NCBI GenBank assembly: GCA_965197905.1
Contig: CBDAOB010000005.1
Coordinates: 672,001 to 736,000 of the forward strand
Direction of reading: 5' to 3'
Length of the DNA: 64,000 nt
Source: Candidatus Latescibacterota bacterium
GTDB taxonomy: Bacteria; Latescibacterota; UBA2968; UBA8231
Within the stretch, counting starts at the first letter, position 1. Each line of letters begins with the position of its first letter. This document shows, one piece after another, positions 48,868-59,787 of this stretch. A program made the position numbers and the translations under genes. The notes under the pieces are model-generated. The model searched no databases. It worked only from the letters and a program-made list of their open reading frames with translations, and was not told where the DNA came from.

Positions 48868-50211
48868 ATGCCTGAAGCAAAGCCAGCATTGCTCCATCGC
48901 GATCCGACCCACGATTATCCCGTTATCGTCCGGGGTGAGGGCATCTATCTTTTTGACGACGCGGGAAAACGCTACATCGACGGCGGTGCGGGAGCGGCGA
49001 ACGTCATCTTGGGCCACGGCAGCCGGCGCATCGCCACAGCGATGGCACAGCAGGCTGAGAAACTTGCTTACGTCTTTTCGGCGGAATTCGCGAATCTACC
49101 AGCGCTTGAGCTGGCCGACCGTCTTGCATCGATCGCACCGGGCGACTTGAACCATGTGTACTTTGTCTCGGGCGGCTCGGAAGGGAACGAAAGTGCCCTC
49201 AAGATGGTCCGTCAATATCATCAGCAGCGCGGAAATTCCGATAAGCGGCAGGTCATCGCCCGCTGGCGCAGCTATCATGGCGCGACGCTCGGTGCGTTGT
49301 CGCTCACGGGCATGCCCTGGCTTCGGCGGGACTTTGATTCGTGGCTGCTGCCCTTCCCCCATATAGCCACCTGCTATCCCTATCGATGCGCCTTCGAGGG
49401 CTGCGAAGGCAAATGCAATCTGGCATGCGCCGATGACCTGGAGAAGACGATCCTCGAAACTGGTCCAGAAAACGTCGCGGCATTCATTGCGGAACCAGTA
49501 GGCATGGCTGGGATAGCAGCCTCCGCACCGCCACCCGACTACTACTCGCGCATCCGTTCAATATGTGACCAGTACGACGTCCTGTTTATCGTTGATGAGG
49601 TCATCAGCGGATTTGGAAGAACCGGCAAGTTTTTCGCTATCGAGCACTGGGACGTCCTACCGGACATGATTGTCTTCGGGAAAGGAGCCAGTAGTGGTTA
49701 CTGTCCACTCGGTGGTGTGATTCTCAGAGATAAGATACGCGAGGCGCTGGCGGAAACCGGCAAAGCCTTTCCTCACATATTCACTTACGTAAACAATCCG
49801 GTTGCCGCTCGTGCCGGACTCGAGGTGCTGGATATTATCGAAGAAGAAAACATGATCGCACACGTTGAAGAAATCGGCGAATACCTGTCTGAACGCGCCG
49901 GAGAGCTGAAGAAGCATCCGATTGTTGGGGAAATGAGAGGTAAGGGACTGCTGTTTGGTGTAGAATTGGTCAAAGACCGGGCAACAAAGGAGCCCTTCCC
50001 CGCATCAGCGGCAGTGCACAAGCGTCTTCACCGCATACTTATGGAAAGAGGTCTCTCTTGTGCTACCGTTGGCTCTTCAACGGAATGGAAAAGCGGTGAT
50101 GACTTCCGCCTTTCGCCGCCATTCATCATCACCCGAGAGCAAGTCGATGACGTCGTCCATATCCTGGATGAGGGAATCACGGAACTGCGGCAGGCACTAG
50201 GCGAGCTGTAG
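48868..50211 (+). CDS. Class III PLP aminotransferase
   Basis: SGGSEGNE, SYHG, FIVDEVISGFGRTG, FGKG. Confidence 0.93.
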   Translation: MPEAKPALLHRDPTHDYPVIVRGEGIYLFDDAGKRYIDGGAGAANVILGHGSRRIATAMAQQAEKLAYVFSAEFANLPALELADRLASIAPGDLNHVYFVSGGSEGNESALKMVRQYHQQRGNSDKRQVIARWRSYHGATLGALSLTGMPWLRRDFDSWLLPFPHIATCYPYRCAFEGCEGKCNLACADDLEKTILETGPENVAAFIAEPVGMAGIAASAPPPDYYSRIRSICDQYDVLFIVDEVISGFGRTGKFFAIEHWDVLPDMIVFGKGASSGYCPLGGVILRDKIREALAETGKAFPHIFTYVNNPVAARAGLEVLDIIEEENMIAHVEEIGEYLSERAGELKKHPIVGEMRGKGLLFGVELVKDRATKEPFPASAAVHKRLHRILMERGLSCATVGSSTEWKSGDDFRLSPPFIITREQVDDVVHILDEGITELRQALGEL

Positions 50212-50286
50212 AGCTACGTAGCTTCGTGACAATACCAGCATTCTCTCTCAGATAATCGGATTGGGATCCGGCGCCGTACAATTAAC

Positions 50287-51699
50287 ATGGTCCGCACACT
50301 ACTACTGTCAACGGCTTTCGCCATTGTGTACGCCGGCTGCGGCGATCCCATCGAGCGCCAGGTACGGGACGTTCTGTCGGGTGGTGAGGGGCGGGAACAG
50401 GCGATGATGGAACTCCTCCTACGGAGGGGCGACGTGGTCGAGGTGATCCTCCCGATTCTCAACGATACCACGCAACCGGCCGCAGGCCGGATCGATCTGG
50501 TGGATGTTTTGTGGAAGATCAATCTCCGCGAGGGCGACGTTCGCATTCTTGTAGCCCTGACCAAGCTGATAGGTGATCCTTCGTCCGATGTGCGCGCCAG
50601 CGCCGCTCAGGCGCTAGGCGACATGGAGAAGAAGAAGCTCGTCCATCCGTTGTTGGCGCGTCTGGTGGTCGAGGAGGTTCCGAAAGTGCAGCTGGAGATC
50701 CTGCGAGCGCTGGAGGTTTTGGATGGGTGGAAGATTCAGCTGGTGGGACAGCGGGCCCACTTCAGGGTTGATGGCGGTGCCCAGTTGACGCCGGACCAGC
50801 GCATCCAATTCACCCACCGAGTCAAGCACCTGTACCAAACCACCGAGCACGACAGCGTGCGCCTTCAAGCCGACGAATTCCTAGAGAAAATTGTAGCCCA
50901 GATTGCGCAAGACGCAGACAAGCTGGTCCTCAAGGCAGACCTGTCAGGAGCGGAAGCCCGGTACCGCGAAGCTCTGGAGGTGAAGCCCAACAGCAAGAAT
51001 GTTCTCATGCGGTTGGGGAAGTTCTACCTCGACAACCTTGATCGACCGCGAGGTTTGGAACTTCTGATGGCCAATGGACTGGCCATTCGGGCGCCGCACC
51101 TGGAACCAACCCCCGCCATCGACGGTGAACTGGATGAGCCGGTTTGGCGGCAAGCCGCCCGGATCGACAGTTTCTACGAGATGCGAGGATCCATGCGTGC
51201 CGTCTTGAGCCCGGGCCGGACCGAAACATACGTGGGGTACACTGACACCAGTTTGCTGGTGGCGTTCAAAGGGTATGAGGAAACCACGGCCAATCTCGTA
51301 GCGGAGGGCGCGAGGCGTGACGATAGGAATATTCCTCGCGATGATAGTGTGCTGATTTTCATGCACACGGACCGCGACGTGCATGTGTACTCTCACCTAT
51401 ATGTGAACAGCGTCGGCGCCATGGTCGACTGGCTCGTTGGAGTGAATAAGGGACCCTCCATCGACACCGCGTGGAATATGGATCCCACAGTTGCCAGCCA
51501 GGTAAACCCCACCCATTGGACGACCGAGGTGGAAATTCCCTTCAGAAGTCTGAACGACGTGAAGGTGAAAAAGGGGGATATATGGGGGTTCAGCGTGGGC
51601 CGACAACGAATGATTTACGAGTCGGAGCTAAGTCTGTGGACGCCTACCTATGGCCTCACGCGGCGTCCGGACCAGTACGGCATACTGTTATTTGATTAA
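50287..51699 (+). CDS. Lipoprotein with HEAT, TPR and CBM9-like domains
   Basis: Lipobox YAGC; VRASAAQALG; YREALEVKP; PAIDGELDEPVW...WTTEVEIPF. Confidence 0.75.
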   Translation: MVRTLLLSTAFAIVYAGCGDPIERQVRDVLSGGEGREQAMMELLLRRGDVVEVILPILNDTTQPAAGRIDLVDVLWKINLREGDVRILVALTKLIGDPSSDVRASAAQALGDMEKKKLVHPLLARLVVEEVPKVQLEILRALEVLDGWKIQLVGQRAHFRVDGGAQLTPDQRIQFTHRVKHLYQTTEHDSVRLQADEFLEKIVAQIAQDADKLVLKADLSGAEARYREALEVKPNSKNVLMRLGKFYLDNLDRPRGLELLMANGLAIRAPHLEPTPAIDGELDEPVWRQAARIDSFYEMRGSMRAVLSPGRTETYVGYTDTSLLVAFKGYEETTANLVAEGARRDDRNIPRDDSVLIFMHTDRDVHVYSHLYVNSVGAMVDWLVGVNKGPSIDTAWNMDPTVASQVNPTHWTTEVEIPFRSLNDVKVKKGDIWGFSVGRQRMIYESELSLWTPTYGLTRRPDQYGILLFD

Positions 51700-51726
51700 G
51701 TATCGATTCTACGCGGTCGAAACGAG

Positions 51727-53121
51727 ATGCTGCTTTCGCTTATTGTCAAAGAAATCGTCAACAACGTGCTCAGCCTGCGTTTCAGTGTCACGTTCGTCTT
51801 GTTCTTCGTGCTCATTTTGGTCAGCATCTTCGTACTGACGGATAATTACGGAAGCGCCCTGCGCGCCCACGAAGCTTCCGAAACGGATAGTCGCGACCGC
51901 TTGAACGACGTGCTGGAGGATAGCGACGACAATCAAAGCTTCAACAAACTCTTTCACGACAAAATACTGTACGACCAAGGGGTGTATAAAGGTCGCGCTC
52001 CGCTGCCGTTAAGTATTTTCGTAAGTGGTTTGGAAGCAGAGCTACCGACCCAGGTTAATACGCGCTTGGGAGGTACAGCGCGCATATTCAACGAAGAGTA
52101 CTTTCGCAATCCGCTTTTTGAGCTGTTCGCAACCCCAGATTACAGCTATTTCGTCAACATCGTGGTCAGTCTGCTGGCGCTGCTGTTCGTCTTCGATGCC
52201 GTCTGTGGCGAAAAGGAACGCGGGACCCTCAAGCTGCTGCTGGCCAACTCAGTGCCGCGAGATCTGGTCCTGCTGGGCAAATGGATCGGCGGGTACATCT
52301 CTCTGGCGGCTCCCTTCCTCATCGCCGTTCTGGGAGGGGTCGCCTATGTCTACTTGGTCGGTGCCATTCAGTTCACGGATGAGGTTGTGGCACGGCTATT
52401 GTGGATCGTCGGGGTTTCTCTGCTCTACATCGCGCTTTTCTTCGCCCTGGGGATGTTCATATCCACCGCTACACACAAAACCTCCACGGCACTCCTGGTA
52501 GCGCTTTTTGTTTGGGTATGCTGGATTCTTGTAATCCCCAACCTCACCCCCGTGATAGCCAGAATAGTGTCGCCCGTACCTACCTTGCAAAAGATAAATG
52601 CCGAAAAAACGGCGATTGACCGGGAGACCAATATACGCGTGACGCGACTTAGCCGGAACATGCTGTACTATGGTAAAAAGGCGCAGGACAAGCGCGGGAA
52701 GATTTATGAGGAAGGAACAAAACAGAAACGGAGGTTGGACCAGTTCTACCAGGACAAGCTTCAGACGCAGATTCGAGTCAGCAAGGTGCTGTCGCGCATC
52801 TCACCTTCGGCAAGCTTTATTTACGCCAGCAACGACCTGGCCGGCACCGGAGTGGGTCTGTTCGACAGCTTCAAACGCGCCTACAAACGATTGGGGGAAG
52901 AGTATCGAGAATGGGGAGAGGATTGGGATCACAATTATCACGATGATACGCTGGGGGATAACTGGTTTCAGGAGGGTCAGATCCCGGGCTTGACGGTTGT
53001 CCACACACGTCTGGACGATACGATAAGCGTCATCCTCATGGATATTCTGCTGCTCCTTGTCTTCAACGTGCTGTTCTTCATGCTCACCTATCTCTGCTTC
53101 CTGCGCTACGACGTCACCTGA
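51727..53121 (+). CDS. ABC-2 type transporter permease
   Basis: DAVCGEKERGTLKLLLANSVPR; ends FLRYDVT. Confidence 0.85.
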   Translation: MLLSLIVKEIVNNVLSLRFSVTFVLFFVLILVSIFVLTDNYGSALRAHEASETDSRDRLNDVLEDSDDNQSFNKLFHDKILYDQGVYKGRAPLPLSIFVSGLEAELPTQVNTRLGGTARIFNEEYFRNPLFELFATPDYSYFVNIVVSLLALLFVFDAVCGEKERGTLKLLLANSVPRDLVLLGKWIGGYISLAAPFLIAVLGGVAYVYLVGAIQFTDEVVARLLWIVGVSLLYIALFFALGMFISTATHKTSTALLVALFVWVCWILVIPNLTPVIARIVSPVPTLQKINAEKTAIDRETNIRVTRLSRNMLYYGKKAQDKRGKIYEEGTKQKRRLDQFYQDKLQTQIRVSKVLSRISPSASFIYASNDLAGTGVGLFDSFKRAYKRLGEEYREWGEDWDHNYHDDTLGDNWFQEGQIPGLTVVHTRLDDTISVILMDILLLLVFNVLFFMLTYLCFLRYDVT

Positions 53122-53136
53122 TACTCTGACGCAAGA

Positions 53137-54510
53137 ATGTTTTCGCTACTCATCCGCAAGGAACTGCTGGAACAGCTATTGAGCCTGCGCGCGGCCATGT
53201 CCGGCGTCATTTGTCTGGTTATTGTGCTGTCCAGCACCTTCGTGCTCACCCGGGATTTCAAAGAAGCCCTGGCCGACTATCGCACCAATCTGGTGATGCA
53301 CAAGCACGAGATAGAAGAGTCGAGGGATTTTGCCTTCGAGGGGATCAACATCGACAAACCGCTCAATCCGATGCAGATCTTTTTTAGAGGAGTCGGTAGA
53401 GAGTTGACCAGCACCGCGAGGGTGAGTGGGGAGCGGGAGCCGCAATTCGAAGCCAACTTCGAGCGCAATCCGGTTGTATTCCTGTTCCCTCCCATAGATC
53501 TGCTCTTTTTCATTGGTGTTATCATGAGCCTGCTGGCCATAGCCTTCAGCTACGACGCCATATCCGGCGAGAAGGAGCAGGGGACTCTAAAGCTATTGAT
53601 GTCCTACAGCGTGCCGCGCGACCAGGTGATTCTGTCCAAGTGGATCGGAGGCTACCTGGCAATGATCTTACCTTTGATTGTGTCGTTGCTTTGCGGTTTA
53701 GTCATAGTAATCCTGTTCCCGACTGTGGAATTGAGGCTCGAAGATTGGTCGGCTTTGGGCGCGGTGCTCCTGGTGGCGTTGCTCTACTTGTCGGCCATAT
53801 TTTCACTAGGGCTCTTCGTTTCGGCACGCACTCATCTGGCCTCGACCTCGATAACGGTACTGCTGATGGCCTGGGTCTTGACGGTGCTGGCTGCGCCGAA
53901 TATCGCGCCATATATCGCCAAACAGATCAAACCGGTGCGTTCGTTTACCCTGGTCGAGAGAGAGAAGTATCAATTGGAACGGGAGGATCAGCAGAAATTC
54001 GATGAGGGGATGGCGAGGTGGTCCGAGGAAAATCCTCACGTACCGGGACGATGGGGGCCGGAATGGCATGCCGAGTATTACTCCAGGAGGCTAGAACAGT
54101 TACCCCGAATCATGGACATGCAAAATCGAATCAACGAGCAATATCACAAACACCTAAACGAGCAGATACAGCTTGCTCAGAATATCTCACGCCTATCCCC
54201 GTTCTCATCTTTCGCCTACGCGGTCTCCGATCTGGCGAACACCGGGGTCAGGGATCGCAACCGTTTTATGGATCAGCTTCCCGATTATAGGAAAGAGGTC
54301 ACGGTCTTCGGTTTGGAACGCCAGATAGCAGCCGAAGAAACCGCGGACTACGAAGATGAGGCGATCATCGAGGGATATCCTCAATTCAGGCTCGAGGAGT
54401 CCGCCGTGGTCGACCGGATAAGCTGGGTGGATATACTGATTCTCGGGGTGTGGAACGTAGTTTTCTTCATGGGAGCCTATCTGTCGTTTCTGCGATACGA
54501 TGTGATGTGA
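53137..54510 (+). CDS. ABC-2 type transporter permease (paralog)
   Basis: DAISGEKEQGTLKLLMSYSVPR; ends FLRYDVM. Confidence 0.85.
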   Translation: MFSLLIRKELLEQLLSLRAAMSGVICLVIVLSSTFVLTRDFKEALADYRTNLVMHKHEIEESRDFAFEGINIDKPLNPMQIFFRGVGRELTSTARVSGEREPQFEANFERNPVVFLFPPIDLLFFIGVIMSLLAIAFSYDAISGEKEQGTLKLLMSYSVPRDQVILSKWIGGYLAMILPLIVSLLCGLVIVILFPTVELRLEDWSALGAVLLVALLYLSAIFSLGLFVSARTHLASTSITVLLMAWVLTVLAAPNIAPYIAKQIKPVRSFTLVEREKYQLEREDQQKFDEGMARWSEENPHVPGRWGPEWHAEYYSRRLEQLPRIMDMQNRINEQYHKHLNEQIQLAQNISRLSPFSSFAYAVSDLANTGVRDRNRFMDQLPDYRKEVTVFGLERQIAAEETADYEDEAIIEGYPQFRLEESAVVDRISWVDILILGVWNVVFFMGAYLSFLRYDVM

Positions 54511-54555
54511 TCCGCCAATTGCATGCCCTTCTACTAAACCTTAATCTTCCATGCA

Positions 54556-54936
54556 TTACAGTTCGAGAGGCTCCGGGGTCTTGAGCACGAAGAACTTGCG
54601 GACCGCCTTTTTGACCTTCCAATGGGTCTTGAGTCCTAGCGGGAAGTGAGCCATGTCGCCAGGGCCCACGTCATGACTCTTACCTCCCTCCTCTGTGACC
54701 GTGGCCTCCCCCTCCAGGACGTAGACGAACTCGTTCCAGGTATAGTCCCAGTTGAATTCGCCCGGCTCGCAGGTCCACAGGCCGCTGGACTGCGTCTTGT
54801 CGGCAGACTGGTTGAGGACCGCACCGCGCGCGACCGGATTGCCGGCGGTGATGGAGGCCGGGTCGATGGGCATGGCCGGCAATGGACCGGAAGGTGCGCT
54901 GGCCGCGACTATTCCAAGCATTTCGATATGGGTCAT
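54556..54936 (-). CDS. Cupin domain protein (DUF861/EutQ-like)
   Basis: GLWTCEPG, EFVYVLEG, FPLG...W. Confidence 0.85.
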   Translation of the reverse strand: MTHIEMLGIVAASAPSGPLPAMPIDPASITAGNPVARGAVLNQSADKTQSSGLWTCEPGEFNWDYTWNEFVYVLEGEATVTEEGGKSHDVGPGDMAHFPLGLKTHWKVKKAVRKFFVLKTPEPLEL

Positions 54937-55121
54937 TTTTTGATCTCCGATGGGATGGTGACGGGTTGGTTAAACCTGATACTGCCCGGACTGAAAGTCA
55001 ACGGGAAAAGCATTAGACGTTGCCCACGAATAGGGATCGATTCGTACCATTTACCCCCGACCGCCTGGACCGTACCATTGCACTGAGCGTTTAACTGCTC
55101 GAAGTGATGCGAGGAGAATTC

Positions 55122-55400
55122 ATGACGGAGAGCGCGGAATTCACGGTGCCGGCAGGGCAGCGGCAGCTGGTCATCGACGATTGCTTGCGCTTCACGCATA
55201 TCCAGCTATGGTCGAGTCGCGACGTCCGCAACTGGGAGAGGGTGGCGAATCGACAGGCCTCCATCCCGTGGTCACCAGGAGGCTCCGACGCCTGCGATCT
55301 CAACAAGAACATGCCGCCCTCCTGTCCGCTCGTGCGAGGCGAGGAGCTCTGGTTCTACTACTCGGGGCGCAAGGATGTCGAGGCGTCGCTCCGGTTGTAG
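55122..55400 (+). pseudogene. Internally deleted remnant of the beta-propeller family at 47292 and 57579
   Basis: AEFTVPAGQRQLVIDD joined directly to QLWSSRDVRNWERVANR...ELWFYY; GAGGAG RBS. Confidence 0.75.
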
Positions 55401-55602
55401 GGCTTCATCAGTCATTGTTGGAGCTCTTCCTCGGTGAGTATTGCGGAGGACGATCATTGCTACAAGACGCAATTGTTGAGCGCGAGTGACGACCAAGTGG
55501 GCTTCTATAGGAGCGTGGATTCCAGGACGCAAGGAGTCGGGGATTCAAGGGATATTTCGTTGACCGTTTAGGACCCGGGTACTCGCAGCGCTCAACGAGT
55601 TT

Positions 55603-56475
55603 TCAGTACAGTCTTCCCTTGGGATCGTGCCGCGAAGGTTTTGTTACCTTGCGTTTCCTCTTTTCCGCCTGTTGGCGGTAGCGAATCGGCATTTCCTTGC
55701 GGCGCCAGCGCAGAAAACTGCGCTCGTGTTCATCGCGGTTAGCGGCCGAGGGCGGAGCCGGGACCTCAATGGTGCCAAACAGCAGTTTCGTTTTCTCCCG
55801 CGAGTGAGCGACGATCTTGCCTTTGCTGATGATGAGGGTGCGTCCCACATTCGCTTCCACCACGGGAACCCCGTTCTCCCAGGCCCGTGCCAGCGCCGCC
55901 TCGTCCTGACGTTTGGTGCAATCTCCGTAGGAAGGGATCAGCAGGTAGCGCGCACCATCGAGCACGGGTAGGCGTCCGATGTCGGCGTTCCAGCGGTCGT
56001 TACAGATGAGAAAACCACACCGTCCGAACGGGGTGTTGACGGAACGACTCTTCTTGCCCAGTCGATTGAACCACCACGATGAGTGACTGCCCTCAGCTAG
56101 CTGCATCTTGTGGTATTTGCCCCGCAGTTTACCGCTCTGGTCGATGAAGACGGCACAGTTGTAGACGTTGCGGCCAATCTTCTCGGCACAGCCGAACGCC
56201 AGGCAGATCCCCAGCTCCTTTGCCAAGTCGCGGAAACGCCCGAGCTCGGGGCCTCGCATCTGAATGGCTACGTTGTTCATCCGCTGCAGCGGGACCTCGC
56301 CATTGAGAAGTTCGGTCACCACGTATCCTTCCAAAACTCCTTCCGGACCAAGAGCGAGCTGAGCTCCTCCTTTGGCGGCTCTGCGGAACATCTGCTCGAG
56401 CCGATCACAGTTAGCTTCCAACTCGAATTTCTTGGGCACAAACGAAATAGCTGCCACCTTCACTGACTGAAACAT
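55603..56475 (-). CDS. Carbon-nitrogen hydrolase (nitrilase superfamily)
   Basis: PEG, YHK, LICND catalytic-triad motifs. Confidence 0.88.
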   Translation of the reverse strand: MFQSVKVAAISFVPKKFELEANCDRLEQMFRRAAKGGAQLALGPEGVLEGYVVTELLNGEVPLQRMNNVAIQMRGPELGRFRDLAKELGICLAFGCAEKIGRNVYNCAVFIDQSGKLRGKYHKMQLAEGSHSSWWFNRLGKKSRSVNTPFGRCGFLICNDRWNADIGRLPVLDGARYLLIPSYGDCTKRQDEAALARAWENGVPVVEANVGRTLIISKGKIVAHSREKTKLLFGTIEVPAPPSAANRDEHERSFLRWRRKEMPIRYRQQAEKRKRKVTKPSRHDPKGRLY

Positions 56476-56680
56476 GTCTCGACACTCCCGCAGTTAGAGA
56501 TACAGCTCTCGAATTGGGGGAAGGTAGCAAATTGGGCGGTTAAAAACACTACCTAGCAGCCGGAATGGATTCTTGCCACGGGCTGCCAAGGTCTGGTTTG
56601 GCTCTCGTGGCTGGTCTATCTTCATCGCGGGCGGACAGGGGTGAGGAAGCGGACACGGTTTTCAACGCGGGTGTCAGAAT

Positions 56681-57544
56681 ATGGAACTGAACTTCAGCAT
56701 CAGTCTGTGGAACTACATTCACTACTTCCCTCTGAAAAAGGGGGGGACTAACTTCGCCTTTGACAACGGATTGGATGGGCTTGCCGCCGTGGTCGACGAT
56801 GTGGCCGCCCAAGGATTCGGCGTTGAACCCTGGTCTAAATGGACCAGCTGGGAATGGACCTCGCCGGCTCGGGAGGGTTTGATATCCCAGCAGATCGATC
56901 TCTTCGATCCGGACAACCATCCGCGTCTCAGCGCGATTCTCCGGGGCGTGCGCTCGAGCTGGCATACGGGCAACGAAGACACCATCGAGGAGTATCAGCG
57001 CCAGATCGACACCGTCGCCGCCACCGATAGTCAGGTGCTTGTGGTGCATGCCGGCAACCTGTTTCTATCGGGGCCTGATCCGGACTACGGTTTCGCGCGC
57101 GAGGTGCTCCAGTGTGCAGATGTCAAGAGCGTTACCCTCGCCCTGGAGAACGCTTCGGAGGGTGAGGCTGATGAAGATCCGTCCCTGTGGAATCTCGAGA
57201 TCTTGAGGCGCGCTCTGGAGGCCCTGCCCGACCTGAAGGTATGTCTGGACACCACCCACACGCAGAAGTACCGAAGGCATCCTCTGCGCGAGTACATCGA
57301 TGCCCTCAAGGAGCGCTTGTGTCACCTGCACATCAGCGATGCATTTGCGCCTGATGAGCCGTTCGCCCGCATGCACACCACACCCGGCCATGGGAGCATC
57401 CCGGAGGATGACTGGCAATATCTGCTGGAGACGCTCGATGAAATCAATTTTCGAGGTGACGCCGTGCTGGAGATCATTCCGTCGAGTCCGCTGAGGATCG
57501 CCCGGGAGACGCGCAGGTTTCTCGGGCAACTGGTGCCGGCGTGA
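56681..57544 (+). CDS. Sugar phosphate isomerase/epimerase
   Basis: ALEN, CLDTTH, HLHISD, VLEI. Confidence 0.85.
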   Translation: MELNFSISLWNYIHYFPLKKGGTNFAFDNGLDGLAAVVDDVAAQGFGVEPWSKWTSWEWTSPAREGLISQQIDLFDPDNHPRLSAILRGVRSSWHTGNEDTIEEYQRQIDTVAATDSQVLVVHAGNLFLSGPDPDYGFAREVLQCADVKSVTLALENASEGEADEDPSLWNLEILRRALEALPDLKVCLDTTHTQKYRRHPLREYIDALKERLCHLHISDAFAPDEPFARMHTTPGHGSIPEDDWQYLLETLDEINFRGDAVLEIIPSSPLRIARETRRFLGQLVPA

Positions 57545-57578
57545 TCTCGGGCCAACAGATAGCGAGGGCAACGCAACA

Positions 57579-58940
57579 ATGAACGCAGCGGAGTTTCGCG
57601 TAACGACGGGGGAACGTCAGCTGTTTCTAGATGACATTGGCGTCCAGGCGATCGACCATCTCGAGCGCACTATGCATACGCCGGCTAAGAAAGGGGCGGT
57701 GCTACGAGCCGACTGGACCGTGGAGGATGACGCCACGCCGCAGATTCGCAGTGCGCCGCAATACGATGCCGAGGCGAAGCTGTTCAAACTCTGGGTGCGC
57801 GGCCGGCGCGAGAGCCCGGACGGACTGCACTGGCGGCGAGCATTACCGGACGCCAACACCGATCACGGCGAGGTGGTCTACGATGGCGACGATCCGGACC
57901 CCAGTCGACGATTCAAAGCGTTCTACCCCAACCGACGACATATTTCCGCCGACGGCATTACCTGGACGCAGCTGCCGGGAGATCCGGTGGAGAGCCAGGA
58001 TGAACACAATTTCTCCTTCGATCGGCGGGACCGGGTCTTCATCGCCACGGTAAAACAGAGCGGGCCCCACGGCCGTTCCGTATTTCTATCCACCAGCGAA
58101 GATTTCGCCAACTGGACGAGGCCGGAGCTGATTTTTTCCACGGACGAGAAGGACCAGGAGCTGGGGCGCGCCAACATCGAGGCGCGACGTGCCGATCTCA
58201 CGTTACAGCAACCGGGGTCCTATGATCCGAAGGTGTACAACGTCGATGTGTACAACATGGGAGTTTACCGCTACGAGAGCGTGTATCTCGGTCATCCCGC
58301 CATCTACCACGCCGTTGCCCCGCATCCTAACCCTACCTACCCCAACACCGACGGTTTTCACCTGGTCGAGCTGGTATGCAGTCGCGATTTGAAGAGCTGG
58401 CAGCGGCTGGGGAATCGCAAGCCTTTCATCGGTCCCTCCCCGTTGGGGACCGGGGCGTACGACCGCCAGCAAATCATCGGCCCCTCCGACGTGGTCGTCC
58501 GCGACGACGAACTGTGGATCTATTACACCGGACTTAAATATCGCGGTACCCACGAGTGGATCGGCGACTATCCGGAGGGCGAGATGAAACAGCTGCCCGG
58601 TTACGAACCGGACAGGGGGGCTATCTGTCTGGCGGTGTTGCGCCGGGACGGATTTATCTCACTTGATGCGGGAGCCGATGGCGGATCCGTAGAAACGAAG
58701 CTGTTTACGGTTCCGCCCGGCAGGTTGCACGTAAACGTGGATGCTCACGACGGAGAGCTGGTGGTCGAAGCTTTGGATCCCAAGGGCGCCGTACTCGCCA
58801 CTTCCGCACCCATCGCCGGCGACAAACCCAATCTCACGGTTGAGTGGCGCGAAGGAGATACAGCGGTCCTCTCCGGAAGGGAGGTGAGTTTTTTCTTCGA
58901 GCTGCGCAACGCCGAGCTCTACTCATACTGGTTCGAATAG
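57579..58940 (+). CDS. Five-bladed beta-propeller (GH32/43-like) hypothetical protein
   Basis: QLFLDD, CSRDLKSW, LWIYY, LRRDGFISL; paralog of 47292. Confidence 0.75.
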   Translation: MNAAEFRVTTGERQLFLDDIGVQAIDHLERTMHTPAKKGAVLRADWTVEDDATPQIRSAPQYDAEAKLFKLWVRGRRESPDGLHWRRALPDANTDHGEVVYDGDDPDPSRRFKAFYPNRRHISADGITWTQLPGDPVESQDEHNFSFDRRDRVFIATVKQSGPHGRSVFLSTSEDFANWTRPELIFSTDEKDQELGRANIEARRADLTLQQPGSYDPKVYNVDVYNMGVYRYESVYLGHPAIYHAVAPHPNPTYPNTDGFHLVELVCSRDLKSWQRLGNRKPFIGPSPLGTGAYDRQQIIGPSDVVVRDDELWIYYTGLKYRGTHEWIGDYPEGEMKQLPGYEPDRGAICLAVLRRDGFISLDAGADGGSVETKLFTVPPGRLHVNVDAHDGELVVEALDPKGAVLATSAPIAGDKPNLTVEWREGDTAVLSGREVSFFFELRNAELYSYWFE

Positions 58941-58942
58941 CC

Positions 58943-59752
58943 ATGACCGTAGCGCAAACCGTTTCGCGTCTCAACGAAGAGGGATGGTGCCTGGTCGACG
59001 GGGTCATCCCAGAAGCTGAGGTGCCCGCCATACTTGAGAGTCTGGACCAAACCGAAATGCCTCAAGATACCTTCGGCGACGGGCAGCCAGGGCCCGGGAA
59101 GAAGATCCGTTCGGTGATAAACTACAACCAGACCTTTGCGCCCTACCTCGCCGACGAGCGAGTTCTTGGCACGTGCGAAGCGCTTCTCGGTCCACACACA
59201 AGGATCCTGGAAACCCTCTACAGTTCCGATATCTGCACCGAACGCGGTCGTTGGCACGCGGATTGGCCCTTCGCCCAGGACGACACCATACCGGGGCGCC
59301 TGCCAGCGCCTTATCCCGACGTGGTCATGGAGATTACCACCCTCTGGATGCTGGTGCCGTTTACGATCGAAAACGGGGGCACGCTGCTGATTCCCGGTAC
59401 TCACAAGGAGCCGAACAACCCGACGGGGGATTATTACGGCATCGGTCCGTTCGATCCGCATCCGGACGAGTTGCAGGTCGAAGGCGCTGCGGGTAGCGTG
59501 TTGATGTTCGACGCGCGACTGTGGCATGCCCGACCACTCAACCATTCCGGCGTTTTGCGGCCTATGCTCCGGGTGCTCTACGTGCCCTGGTGGATAAACC
59601 TGGATGTCTTCAAAGCAGGCTCCCTGGATCGTCTGCGTCTGGTGGAAGAGCAGGGTCTGGAGTGGCCGATTGTCGACCTCGTCCCCCAGGACGTCTTTGC
59701 GAAGCTGCCGGAAGACGTGCAAGCGGTGTTCGGACATTGGGTGGGGAACTAA
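58943..59752 (+). CDS. PhyH-family dioxygenase
   Basis: WHADW, ENGGTLLIPGTH, RLWH. Confidence 0.85.
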   Translation: MTVAQTVSRLNEEGWCLVDGVIPEAEVPAILESLDQTEMPQDTFGDGQPGPGKKIRSVINYNQTFAPYLADERVLGTCEALLGPHTRILETLYSSDICTERGRWHADWPFAQDDTIPGRLPAPYPDVVMEITTLWMLVPFTIENGGTLLIPGTHKEPNNPTGDYYGIGPFDPHPDELQVEGAAGSVLMFDARLWHARPLNHSGVLRPMLRVLYVPWWINLDVFKAGSLDRLRLVEEQGLEWPIVDLVPQDVFAKLPEDVQAVFGHWVGN

Positions 59753-59787
59753 AACTGGGATTATAGCGAAGGCCGAGGGACCCCAAC

